64,000 nucleotides of DNA. Origin: Squalus acanthias (taxonomy: Eukaryota). The notes below the pieces were generated by a model that was given only the letters and a program-made list of their open reading frames with translations, was not told the DNA's origin and made no database searches. The translations under genes and the position numbers were made by a program. The stretch covers positions 62,001-126,000 of the forward strand of contig JASTWF010000338.1 in the NCBI GenBank assembly GCA_030390025.1, read 5' to 3'. Positions within the stretch are counted from its first letter, which is position 1; the number at the start of each line of letters is the position of its first letter. Below, piece by piece: positions 36,271 to 48,738 of this stretch.

Positions 36271-37943
36271 GAATCAGAGAAGCATAGAAGATAGGAGCAG
36301 GAGTAGGCCATTCGGCCCCTCGAGCCTGCTCCGCCATTTAATGAGATCATGGCTGATCATCCAAATTCAGTACCCTGTCCCTGCTTTCTCCCCATATCCC
36401 TTGATCCCTTTCGCCTTAAGAAATATATCCAACTCCTTCTTGAATATATTTAATGAATTGGCCTCAACTGCCTTGTGTGGTAGAGAATTCCACAGGTTCA
36501 CCACTCTCTGGGTGAAGAAATTCCTCCTCATCTCTGTCCTAAATGGCTTACCCCTTATCCTTAGACTGTGACCTCTGGTTCTGGACTCACCTGCCATCGG
36601 GAACATCCTTCCTGCATCTAGTCTGTCTAGTCCTGTTAGAATTTTATAAGTTTCAATGAGATCCCCTCTCATTCTTCTAAACTCCAGTGAGTATAAGCCC
36701 AATCGACCCAATCTCTCTTCATACGTCATTCCTGCCATCCCAGGTATCAGTCTGGTGAATCTTCGCTGCACTCCCTCCATGGCAAGAACATCCTTCCTCA
36801 GATAAGGCGACCAAAACTGCACACAATACACAAGGTGTGGCCTCACCAAGGCCCTGTACAACTGCAGCAAGACATCCTTGCTCCTGTACTCGAATCCTCT
36901 CGCTATGAAGGCCAACATACCATTTGCCTTCTTCACCGCCTGCTGCACCTGCATGCTTACCTTCAGCGACTGGTGCACAAGGACACCCAGGTCTCGTTGC
37001 ACCTCCCCTTTTCCCAATCTATTGCTGTTCAGATAATAATCTGCCTTCCTGTTTTTGCCACCAAAGTGGATAACCTCGCATTTATCCACATTATACTGCA
37101 TCTGCCACGCTTCTGCCCAATCACCCAACCTCTCCAAATCATACTGGAGTTTCTCTGCATCCTCCTCACAGCACACACGCCCACCCAGCTTTGTGTCATC
37201 TGCAAACTTGGAGATATTACATCTAGTTCCCTCGTCTAGATCATTAATATATATTGTGAATAGCTGGGGTCCTAGCACCGATCCCTGCGGTACGCCACTA
37301 GTCACTGCCTGCCACTCGGAAAAAGACCCGTTTATTCCAACTCTTTGCTTCCTGTCTGCCAACCAGTTCTCTATCCAAGTCAATACCTTGCCCCCAATCC
37401 CATGTGCCTTAACTTTACACGCTAATCTCTTATGCGGGACCTTATCGAAAGCCTTCTGAAAGTCCAAATACACCACATCCACTGGTTCTCCCTTATCTAT
37501 TCTACCAGTTACATCCTCAAAAAATTCCAGTAGATTAGTCAAGCACAATTTACCTTTTGTAAATCCATGTTGACTTTGTCCGATCCTGTCACTGTTTTCC
37601 AAGTGCTCAGCTATTACATCTTTTATAATGGACTCTAGCATTTTGCCCACTACCGATGTCAGGCTTACCGGTCTGTAATTCCCCGCTTTCTCTCTACCAC
37701 CCTTTTTGAATAGTGGGGTAACATTGGCTACCCTCCAATCCATGGGTACAGTTCCAGATTCCATCGAACGTTGGAAGATGATCAGCAATGCATCTACTAT
37801 TTCTAGGGCCATTTCCTTAAGTACCCTAGGATGTAGATTATCAGGCCCTGGGGATTTATCGGCCTTCAATCCCGCCAATTTCCCTGACACCATTTCCCTA
37901 CAAATACTGATTTCATTCAGTTCCTCCCTCTCATTGGACCCTC
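36270..37943 (-). mobile_element. CR1-clade LINE, 5'-truncated, uninterrupted frame of >520 codons covering the RT domain to the stop, plus 3' UTR
   Basis: ORF 36367-37962: KSPGPDNLHPRVLKE, GNYRPVSLTS, LDFQKAFDKVPH, GVPQGSVLGP, YINDL, KFADDTK. The first few codons come from the neighbouring element. Confidence 0.96.
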
Positions 37944-38185
37944 TCATAGAATGAAACAGCACAAAAGGTGGCCATTCGGCCCATCATGCTTGTGCCAGCT
38001 GTTTGGGAGAGCGATCCAATTAGTCCCACTCCCCTGCTCTTTCCCCATATCCCGGTAAATGTTTTCCCTTCAAATATTTATCCAATTCTCTTTTGAAAGT
38101 TACTCTTGAATCTGCTTCCACCGCCCTTTCAGGCAGTGCATTTCAGATCATAATAACTCGCTGGGTAAAGAAATGTTTCCTCATG
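37944..38185 (-). mobile_element. CR1-clade LINE short 3' end
   Basis: Minus strand MRKHFFTQRVIMI*NALPERAVEADS plus GGGCCGAATGGCC tail. Confidence 0.8.
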
Positions 38186-38450
38186 ATGACCTGTCTGCAG
38201 TGAAGCGCCTGTTTGAGTTTCGAACTGAGGCAAACTTCTCTTTCCCAGGAGGAGAGACGAGAGAAACTGGGGCACTTCTCACTGGAACAAAGCAGGGTAA
38301 GGAGATGTGAGCGAGGTGTTTAAACTTGTTCAAGGACACCGACCAAAATATCAGAGACACTCCGTGTCGCTCAGGACCAGTGTCCAGGGGAGAAGCTGAT
38401 GGGTTTATCAGATCATCTTTGGGTTAAATGTTGTGCTCGTGGAGCTGAGC

Positions 38451-38511
38451 CCCTAGTGTCAGCATCAAACACTCTCCAGTCGGGTACAGCACGGGTTAGA
38501 TACAGAGTAAA
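38451..38511 (-). repeat. Solitary satellite-related unit with a non-satellite continuation
   Basis: Minus strand TTTACTCTGTATCTAACCCGTGCTGTACCCGACTGGAGAGTGTTTGATG then CTGACACTAGGG instead of GGACAGTG. Confidence 0.85.
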
Positions 38512-38684
38512 CCCATCAGCCGCTCCCCGACACAGATACCGAGGGACAGGGAGTGTCCGGGACAATGACATTTCTCACTCAACAAGGTATAAATTGATCC
38601 TGTACCTCTCCCCATTAATCCTGGGCTCCACACGGGGCGAATCCTGCTCCTGTTTCCCTTCCTGGAACAGCACTGAGCTAAACC

Positions 38685-38792
38685 CAGCCCATAATGAGCA
38701 GGGCTCAGGGAGGTTGGTTGCTAGGCACTGCAGTGATGTCATAAAGCAGGGCCATTCAGCCCAGCTGGTCGTCTCCTTGTCCCTTTAAAGGT
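38685..38792 (+). promoter_or_regulatory. Repeated cassette with RFX-like, CRE-like and TATA-like motifs upstream of the 108-bp VNTR
   Basis: GTTGCTAGGCAC 38717-38728, TGATGTCA 38734-38741, CATAAA, CTTTAAA. A second copy is at 47065-47173 and its 3' part is at 1-35. Confidence 0.4.
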
Positions 38793-39213
38793 GGAGAGCG
38801 GGGACACCCTGTCTCAAAACACACCCCACCTGTTCATACTGAGAATCCCCGGGCAAGGCCCAAGGCCCAGAGTGTGGACACACCCCGGGGAAAAGAGGAG
38901 GAGAGCGGGGACACCCTGTCTCAAAACACACCCCACCTGTTCATACTGAGAATCCCCGGGCAAGGCCCAAGGCCCAGAGTGTGGACACACCCCGGGGAAA
39001 AGAGGAGGAGAGCGGGGACACCCTGTCTCAAAACACACCCCACCTGTTCATACTGAGAATCCCCGGGCAAGGCCCAAGGCCCAGAGTGTGGACACACCCC
39101 GGGGGAAAAGAGGAGGAGAGCGGGGACACCCTGTCTCAAAACACACCCCACCTGTTCATACTGAGAATCCCCGGGCAAGGCCCAAGGCCCAGAGTGTGGA
39201 CACACCCCGGGGA
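38793..39213 (+). repeat. 108-bp VNTR, 4 copies
   Basis: Units start at about 38793, 38900, 39007 and 39115. Confidence 0.95.
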
Positions 39214-39424
39214 GAGATGGTGCAGTGTGGGGGGTGAGGGAGGAGTCTGCTCATTCCCGGGGGAAGATCAGACAAAGTGCTTTGAGTGGTGGGTCCAGCA
39301 GTGAAACTGAAACCAAACCAAAGGGAACAAATGAAGATCCAATCCAAGGGAACAAGCACCGGGACAATGGGGAGAAACCACAACCGGCCCAAAGTTATTC
39401 AGTGAGCGAGCATCGCCTGCTTAT

Positions 39425-39875
39425 TGTGAGAGAGCTCCACACTTCCACCATCCTTTGTGTGGAGAAGAGTTTCCAGCTTCTCTCCTGAAGGGCCTGGCTC
39501 GGATTTTAAGGTTCTGTCCCCTCGTCCCAGACTCCCCACCAGTGGAAAGAGTTTCTCTCCATCGACCCTCGCAATTGTTCCAAAATCCTCAAAACCTCAA
39601 TCAAATCAGCCTCAACTTTCTATAATCCATGGAATACAAGCTTCATTTCTGTAAACTCTCAATAGTTTAACCCTTGGAGCCCTGGTAACATGCTGGTGAA
39701 TCTGCACTGCACTCCTTCCAAGGCCAATCTATTCTTTCTAAGGTGCGGGGCCCAGAACGGTCCACAGTGCCCCAGATGTGGTCTAACCAGGGCTTTGTAC
39801 AGCTGGAGCAAAACTTCCTCCCCTCTATATTCTAGACCTCTAGTCATAAGCATTAACATTTCATGAGCCTTTTAG
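39425..39875 (-). mobile_element. Degenerate CR1-clade LINE fragment
   Basis: RGLEYRGEEVLLQLYKALVRPHLGHCGPFWAPHLRK...LEGVQCRFTSMLPGL. Confidence 0.85.
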
Positions 39876-39893
39876 TTTATATTTATTTTAAAG

Positions 39894-42800
39894 ACTCCCA
39901 GGGCAGGTACAGCACAGGTTAGATACAGAGTAAAGTTCCCTCTACACTGTCCCATCAAACACTCCCAGGGCAGGTACAGCACGGGTTAGATACAGAGTAA
40001 AGCTCCCTCTACACTGTCCCATCAAACACTCCCAGGGCAGGTACAGCACGGGTTAGATACAGAGTAAAGCTCCCTCTACACTGTCCCATCAAACACTCCC
40101 AGGGCAGGTACAGCACGGGTTAGATACAGAGTAAAGCTCCCTCTACACTGTCCCATCAAACACTCCCAGGGCAGGTACAGCACGGGTTAGATACAGAGTA
40201 AAGCTCCCTCTAACCTGTCCCATCAAACACTCCCAGGGCAGGTACAGCACGGGTTAGATACAGAGTAAAGCTCCCTCTGCACTGTCCCATCAAACACTCC
40301 CAGGGCAGATACAACACGGGTTGGATACAGAGTAAAGCTCCCTCAACACTGTCCCATCAAACACTCCCAGGGCAGGTATAGCACGGCTTAGATACAGAGT
40401 AAAGCTCCCTCTACACTGTCCCATCAAACACTCCCAGGGCAGGTACAGCACGGGTTAGATACAGAGTAAAGCTCCCTCTGCCACTGTCCCATCCAATACT
40501 CCAAGGGCAGGTACAGCACGGCTTAGATACAGAGTAAAGCTCCCTCTACACTGACCCATCAAACACTCCCAGGGCAGGTGCAGCACGGGTTAGATACAGA
40601 GTAAAGCTCCGTCTACACTGTCCCATCAAACACTCCCAGAGCAGGTACAGCACGCGTTAGATACAGAGTAAAGCTCCCTCTACACTGTCCCATCAAACAC
40701 TCCAAGGGCAGGTACAGCACGGGTTAGATACAGAGTAAAGCTCCCTCTACACTGTCCCATCAAACACTCCCAGGGCAGGTACAGCACGGGTTAGATACAG
40801 AGTAAAGCTCCCTCTACACTGTCCCATCAAACACTCCCAGGGCAGGTACAGCACGGGTTAGATACAGAGTAAAGCTCCCTCTACACTGTCCCATCAAACA
40901 CTCCCAGGGCAGGTACAGCATGGGTTAGATACAGAGTAAAGCTCCCTCTACACTGTCCCATCAAACACTCCCAGGGCAGGTACAGCACGGGTTAGATACA
41001 GAGTAAAGCTCCCTCTACACTGTCCCATCAAACACTCCCAGGGCAGGTACAGCACGGGTTAGATACAGAGTAAAGCTCCCTCTACACTGTCCCATCAAAC
41101 ACTCCCAGGGCAGGTACAGCACGGGTTAGATACAGAGTAAAGCTCCCTCTACACTGTCCCATCAAACACTCCCAGGGCAGGTACAGCACGGGTTAGATAC
41201 AGAGTAAAGCTCCCTCTACACTGTCCCATCAAACACTCCAGGGCAGGTACAGCACGGGTTAGATACAGAGTAAAGCTCCCTCTACACTGTCCCATCAAAC
41301 ACTCCCAGGGCAGGTACAGCACGGGTTAGATACAGAGTAAAGCTCCCTCTACACTGTCCCATCAAACACTCCCAGGGCAGGTACAGCACGGGTTAGATAC
41401 AGAGTAAAGCTCCCTCTACACTGTCCCATCAAACACTCCCAGGGCAGGTACAGCACGGGTTAGATACAGAGTAAAGCTCCCTCTACACTGTCCCATCAAA
41501 CACTCCCAGGGCAGGTACAGCACGGGTTAGATACAGAGTAAAGCTCCCTCTACACTGTCCCATCAAACACTCCCAGGGCAGGTACAGCACGGGTTAGATA
41601 CAGAGTAAAGCTCCCTCTACACTGTCCCATCAAACACTCCCAGGGCAGGTACAGCACGGGTTAGATACAGAGTAAAGCTCCCTCTACACTGTCCCATCAA
41701 ACACTCCAGGGCAGGTACAGCACGGGTTAGATACAGAGTAAAGCTCCTCTACACTGTCCCATCAAACACTCCCAGGGCAGGTACAGCACGGGTTAGATAC
41801 AGAGTAAAGCTCCCTCTACACTGTCCCATCAAACACTCCCAGGGCAGGTACAGCACGGGTTAGATACAGAGTAAAGCTCCCTCTACACTGTCCCATCAAA
41901 CACTCCCAGGGCAGGTACAGCACGGGTTAGATACAGAGTAAAGCTCCCTCTACACTGTCCCATCAAACACTCCCAGGGCAGGTACAGCACGGGTTAGATA
42001 CAGAGTAAAGCTCCCTCTACACTGTCCCATCAAACACTCCCAGGGCAGGTACAGCACGGGTTAGATACAGAGTAAAGCTCCCTCTACACTGTCCCATCAA
42101 ACACTCCCAGGGCAGGTACAGCACGGGTTAGATACAGAGTAAAGCTCCCTCTACACTGTCCCATCAAACACTCCCAGGGCAGGTACAGCACGGGTTAGAT
42201 ACAGAGTAAAGCTCCCTCTACACTGTCCCATCAAACACTCCCAGGGCAGGTGCAGCACGGGTAACATACAGAGTAAAGCTCGTTCGATACTTTCCCATCA
42301 AACACTCCCAGTGCAGGTACAGAACGGGTTAGATACACAGTAAAGCCCCCTCTACACTGTCCCATCAAACACTCCCAGGGCAGGTACAGCACGGGTTAGA
42401 TACAGAGTAAAGCTCCCTCTACACTGTCCCATCAAACACTCCCAGGGCAGGTACAGCACGGGTTAGATGCAGAGTAAAGCTCCCTCTAAACTGTCCCATC
42501 AAACACTCCCAGGGCAGCTGCAGCACGGGTTAGATACAGAGTAAAGCTCCCTCTACACTGTCCCATCAAACACTCCCAGGACAGGTACAGCATGGGTTAG
42601 ATACAGAGTAAAGCTCCCTTGACACTGTCCCGTCAAACACTCCCAGGGCAGGTACAGCACGGGTTAAATACAGAGTAAAGTTCCCTCTACACTGTCCCAT
42701 CAAACACTCCCAGGGCAGGTACAGCATGGGTTAGATACAGAGTAAAGCTCCCTCTACACTGTCCCATCAAACACTCCCAGGGCAGGTACAGCACGGGTTA

Positions 42801-45800
42801 GATACAGAGTAAAGCTCCCTCTACACTGTCCCATCAAACACTCCCAGGGCAGGTACAGCAAGGGTTAGATACAGAGTAAAGCTCCCTCTACACTGTCCCA
42901 TCAAACACTCCCAGGGCAGGTACAGCACGGGTTAGATACAGAGTAAAGCTCCCTCTACACTGTCCCATCAAACACTCCCAGGGCAGGTACAGCACGGGTT
43001 AGATACAGAGTAAAGCTCCCTCTACACTGTCCCATCAAACACTCCCAGGGCAGGTACAGCACGGGTTAGATACAGAGTAAAGCTCCCTCTACACTGTCCC
43101 ATCAAACACTCCCAGGGCAGGTACAGCACGGGTTAGATACAGAGTAAAGCTCCCTCTACACTGTCCCATCAAACACTCCCAGGGCAGGTACAGCACGGGT
43201 TAGATACAGAGTAAAGCTCCCTCTACACTGTCCATCAAACACTCCCAGGGCAGGTACAGCACGGGTTAGATACAGAGTAAAGCTCCCTCTACACTGTCCC
43301 ATCAAACACTCCCAGGGCAGGTACAGCACGGGTTAGATACAGAGTAAAGCTCCCTCTACACTGTCCCATCAAACACTCCCAGGGCAGGTACAGCACGGGT
43401 TAGATACAGAGTAAAGCTCCCTCTACACTGTCCCATCAAACACTCCCAGGGCAGGTACAGCATGGGTTAGATACAGAGTAAAGCTCCCTCTACACTGTCC
43501 CATCAAACACTCCCAGGGCAGGTACAGCACGGGTTAGATACAGAGTAAAGCTCCCTCTACACTGTCCCATCAAACACTCCCAGGGCAGGTACAGCACGGG
43601 TTAGATACAGAGTAAAGCTCCCTCTACACTGTCCCATCAAACACTCCCAGGGCAGGTACAGCACGGGTTAGATACAGAGTAAAGCTCCCTCTACACTGTC
43701 CCATCAAACACTCCCAGGGCAGGTACAGCACGGGTTAGATACAGAGTAAAGCTCCCTCTACACTGTCCCATCAAACACTCCCAGGGCAGGTACAGCACGG
43801 GTTAGATACAGAGTAAAGCTCCCTCTACACTGTCCCATCAAACACTCCCAGGGCAGGTACAGCACGGGTTAGATACAGAGTAAAGCTCCCTCTACACTGT
43901 CCCATCAAACACTCCCAGGGCAGGTACAGCACGGGTTAGATACAGAGTAAAGCTCCCTCTACACTGTCCCATCAAACACTCCCAGGGCAGGTACAGCACG
44001 GGTTAGATACAGAGTAAAGCTCCCTCTACACTGTCCCATCAAACACTCCCAGGGCAGGTACAGCACGGGTTAGATACAGAGTAAAGCTCCCTCTACACTG
44101 TCCCATCAAACACTCCCAGGGCAGGTACAGCACGGGTTAGATACAGAGTAAAGCTCCCTCTACACTGTCCCATCAAACACTCCCAGGGCAGGTACAGCAC
44201 GGGTTAGATACAGAGTAAAGCTCCCTCTACACTGTCCCATCAAACACTCCCAGGGCAGGTACAGCACGGGTTAGATACAGAGTAAAGCTCCCTCTACACT
44301 GTCCCATCAAACACTCCCAGGGCAGGTACAGCACGGGTTAGATACAGAGTAAAGCTCCCTCTACACTGTCCCATCAAACACTCCCAGGGCAGGTACAGCA
44401 CGGGTTAGATACAGAGTAAAGCTCCCTCTACACTGTCCCATCAAACACTCCCAGGGCAGGTACAGCATGGGTTAGATACAGAGTAAAGCTCCCTCTACAC
44501 TGTCCCATCAAACACTCGCAGGGCAGGAACAGCACGGGTTAGATACAGCGTAAAGCTCCCTCTACACTGTCCCATCAAACACTCCCAGGGCAGGAACAGC
44601 ATGGGTTAGATACAGAGTAAAGTTCCCTCTACGCTGTTCCATCAAACACTCCTGGGGGAGGTGTAGCACGGGTTAGATACAGAGTAAAGCTCCCTCTACA
44701 CCGTCCCATCAAACACTCCCAGGGCAGGTACAGCACGGGTTAGATACAGCGTAAAGCTCCCTCTACACTGTCCCATCAAACACTCCCCGGGCGGGTACAG
44801 CACGGGTAACATACAGAGTAACGCTCGTTCGGTACTTTCCCATCAAACACTCCCAGGGCAGGTACAGCATGGGTTAGATACACAGTAAAGCCCCCTCTAC
44901 ACTGTCCCATCAAACACTCACAAGGCAGGTACAGCACGGGTTAGATACAGAGTAAAGCTCCCTGTACATTGTTGCATCAAACACTCCCAGGGCAGGTACA
45001 GCACGGGTTAGATACAGAGTAAAGCTCCCTCTACACTGTCCCATCAAACACTCCCAGAGCAGGTACAGCACGGGTTAGATACAGAGTAAAGCTCCCTCGA
45101 AACTGTCCCATCAAACACACCCAGGGCAGGTACAGCATGGGTTAGATGCAGAGTAAAGCCCCCTCTGCACTGTCCCATCAAACACTCCCAGTGCAGGTAC
45201 AGCAGGTGTTAGATACAGAGTAAAGCTCCCTCTGCACTGTCCCATCAAACACTCCCAGGGCAGGTACAGCACGGGTTAGATACAGAGTAAAGCTCCCTCT
45301 AAACTGTCTCAATCAAACACTCCCAGAGCAGGTACAGCAGGGGTTAGATACAGAGTAAATTTCCCTCGACACTGTCCCATCAAACACTCCCAGGGCAGGT
45401 ACAGCAGGGTTTAGATAGAGAGTAAAGCTCCCTCTACACTCTCCCATCAAACACTCCCAGGGCAGGTACAGCACGGGTCAGATGCAGAGTAAAGCTCCCT
45501 CTACACTGTCCCATCAAACACTCCCAGGGCAGGTACAGCACGGGTTAGATACAGAGTAAAGCTCCCTCTGCACTTTACCATCAAACACTCCGAGGGCAGG
45601 AACAGCATGGGTTAGATACAGAGTAAAGCTCCATCTACACTTTCCCATCAAACACTCCCAGGGCAGGTACAGCACGGGTTAGATACAGAGTAAAGCTCCC
45701 TCCACATTGTCCCATCAAACACTCCCAGGGCAGGAACAGCACAGGTTAGATACAGAGTAAAGTTCCCTCTACACTGTTTCATCAAACACTCCCAGGCCAG

Positions 45801-47064
45801 GTACAGCACGGGTTAGATACAGAGTAAAGCTCCCTCTACACTATCCCATCAAACACTCCCAGGACAGGTACATCACGGGTTAGATACAGTGTAAACTCCC
45901 TCTGCACTGTCCCATCAAACACTCCCAGGGCAGGTACAGCACGGGTTAGATACAGAGTAAAGCTCCCTCCACACTGTCCCATCAAACACTCCCAGGGCAG
46001 GTACAGTACAGGTTAGATACAGACTAATGTTCCCTCTGCATTGTCCCAATCAAACACTGCCAGGCTATGCACAGCACGGGTTAGATGCAGAGTAAAGCTC
46101 CCTCTACACTGTCCCATCAAACACTCCCAGGGCAGGTACAGCACGGGTTAGATGCAGAGTAAAGCTCCCTCTACACTGTCCCATCAAACACTCCCAGGGC
46201 AGGTACAGCACGGGTTAGATACAGAGTAAAGCTCCCTCTGTACTGTCCCATCAAACACTCCTAGGGCAGGAACAGCATGGGTTAGATATAGAGTAAAGCC
46301 CCCTCTACACTGTCCCATCAAACACTCCCAGTGCAGGTACAGCAGGGGTTAGATACAGAGTAAATCTCCCTCTACACTGCCCCATCAAACACTCCCAGGG
46401 CAGGTACAGCAGGGTTTAGATGCAGAGTAAAGCTCCCTCTACACTGTCCCGTCAAACACGCCCTGGGCAGGTACAGCACGGGTTAGATACAGAGTAAAGT
46501 TACCTCTACACTGTCCCATCAAACACTAACAGGGCAGGTACAGCACGGGTTTGATACAGAATAAATCTCCCTCTACACTGTCCCATCAATCACTCCCAGG
46601 GCAGGTACAGCACGGGTTAGATACAGAGTAAAGCTCCCTCTGCACTTTCCCATCAAACACTCCCAGGGCAGGAACAGCATGGGTTAGATACAGAGTAAAG
46701 CTCCCTCTACAGTGTCCCATCAAACACTCCTGGGGCAGGTATAGCACTTTTTAGATACAGAGTATAGCTCGCTCTATACTGTCCTATCAAACAGTCCTAG
46801 AGCAGGTACAGCACGGGTTACATACAGAGTAAAGCTCGCTCTATACTGTCCCATCAAACACTCCCAGGGCAGGAACAGCATGGGTTAGATACAGAGTAAA
46901 GTTCCCTCTACACTGTCCCATCAAACAATCCCAGGGCAGGTACAGCACGGGTTAGATACAGAGTAAAGCTCCCTCTACACTGTCCCATCAAACACTCCCA
47001 ATGCAGGTGCAGCACGGGTTAGATACAGAGTAAAGCTCCCTCTACACTGTCCCATCAAACACTG
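39894..47064 (-). repeat. 67-bp satellite array 2, inverted orientation (~7.2 kb)
   Basis: Reverse complement of the same monomer; no Penelope insertions. Confidence 0.99.
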
Positions 47065-47173
47065 CCAGCCCATAATGAGCAGGACTGAGGGAGGTTGGTT
47101 GCTAGGCACTGCAGTGATGTCATAAAGCAGGGCCATTCAGCCCAGCTGGGCGTCTCCTTGTCCCTTTAAAGGT
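47065..47173 (+). promoter_or_regulatory. Second copy of the RFX/CRE-like cassette
   Basis: GTTGCTAGGCAC 47098-47109, TGATGTCA 47115-47122; abuts the inverted satellite. Confidence 0.4.
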
Positions 47174-47803
47174 GGAGAGCGGAGACACCCTGTCTCAAAA
47201 CACACCCCACCTGTTCATACTGAGAATCCCCGGGCAAGGCCCAGAGTGTGGACACACCCCGGGGAAACGAGGAGGAGAGCGGGGACACCCTGTCTCAAAA
47301 CACACCCCACCTGTTCATACTGAGAATCCCCGGGCAAGGCCCAAGGCCCAGAGTGTGGACACACCCCGGGGGAAAAGAGGAGGAGAGCGGAGACACCCTG
47401 TCTCAAAACACACCCCACCTGTTCATACTGAGAATCCCCGGGCAAGGCCCAAGGCCCAGAGTGTGGACACACCCCGGGGGGAAAGAGGAGGAGAGCGGAG
47501 ACACCCTGTCTCAAAACACACCCCACCTGTTCATACTGAGAATCCCCGGGCAAGGCCCAAGGCCCAGAGTGTGGACACACCCCGGGGGAAAGAGGAGGAG
47601 AGCGGGGACACCCTGTCTCAAAACACATCCCACCTGTTCATACTGAGAATCCCCAGGCAAGGCCCAAGGCCCAGAGTGTGGACACACCCCGGGGGAAAGA
47701 GGAGGAGAGCGGGGACACCCTGTCTCAAAACACACCCCACCTGTTCCTACTGAGAATCCCCGGGCAAGGCCCAGAGTGTGGTCACAGCCCGGGGGAAAAG
47801 GGG
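47174..47803 (+). repeat. 108-bp VNTR, 6 copies
   Basis: Units start at 47174, 47274, 47382, 47490, 47597 and 47704. Confidence 0.95.
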
Positions 47804-48116
47804 AGGAGTAGGGACTGAGGGACACCAAGCTTCAGTTTTAGAGCCTGTAGACTTCAGGAGGGAAGACTGAGTTCAGTAGCTTTCGGATCCAGGGAGAGAA
47901 CAAGGAGCAGATGGGGAGACTGGTGTGGATTCCAGCACAGTGAGGATGTAGCGGGAGGGAGATTGTGTCGGGCCGTGTATTAGGGGTGTAGGAGGGACAA
48001 GAGAGGAAAGGTCAGAGGAGCAATTACTGCAGCAGTGTCTATGAATAGTGTGAGAGAGAGAAGGTGGGGGTTAGAGTGGACCATGGGCAGTCTGTTAAAC
48101 TGTCTGTTTGCTGTGA

Positions 48117-48738
48117 CTACACAGGATTACACAGGATATACGTCACAGAAACAGGCCATTCGGCCCAACCAGTCCATGCCGGCGTTTATGCTCCACTCGA
48201 GCCTCCTCCCGTCTTTCCCCATCTAACTCTATCAGCATAACCCTCTATTCCCTTCTCCCTCATATGCTTGTCTAGCCTCCCCTGAAATGCATCGATACTA
48301 TTCGCTTCAACCACTCCCTGTGGGAGCGAGTTCCACATTCTCCCCACTCTCTGGGTAAAGAAGTTTCTCCTGAATTCCCTATTGGATTTCTTGGTGACTA
48401 TCTTATATTGATGGCCTCTAATTATGCTCTTCCCCACAAGTGGAAACACTCTCTCTGTATCTACTCTATCAAAACCTTTCATCATTTTAAAGACCTCTAT
48501 TAGGTCACCCCTCAGCCTTCTTTTTTCAAGAGAAAAGAGACCCAGCCTGTCCATCCTTTCCTGACAGGTATACCCTCGCATTTCTGGTATCATCCTTGTA
48601 AATCTTCTCTGCACCCTCTCCAGTGCCTCTATATCCTTTTTATAATATGGTGACCAGAATTGTACACAGTGCTCCAAGTGTGGTCCAACCAAGGTTCGAT
48701 ACAAGTTTAGCATAACTTCACTACTTTTCCATTCTATA
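48117..48738 (-). mobile_element. CR1-clade LINE 3' end (duplicate of 664-1285)
   Basis: ORF 48186-48713 has the same protein sequence as 733-1260. Confidence 0.92.

Noticed and set aside
27782..37954. Antisense ORFs overlapping the LINE RT regions
   Set aside because: Shadow frames of CR1 ORF2
36367..37962. 531-aa ORF as a host gene or autonomous element
   Set aside because: 5'-truncated CR1 ORF2 lacking the endonuclease, ORF1 and promoter; the start comes from a neighbouring fragment
38235..38305. Apparent small exon (TTTCCCAG acceptor, GTAAGG donor)
   Set aside because: It translates as EERREKLGHFSLEQSR, a decayed CR1 EERL..LGLFSLE.RR block; no independent support for splicing
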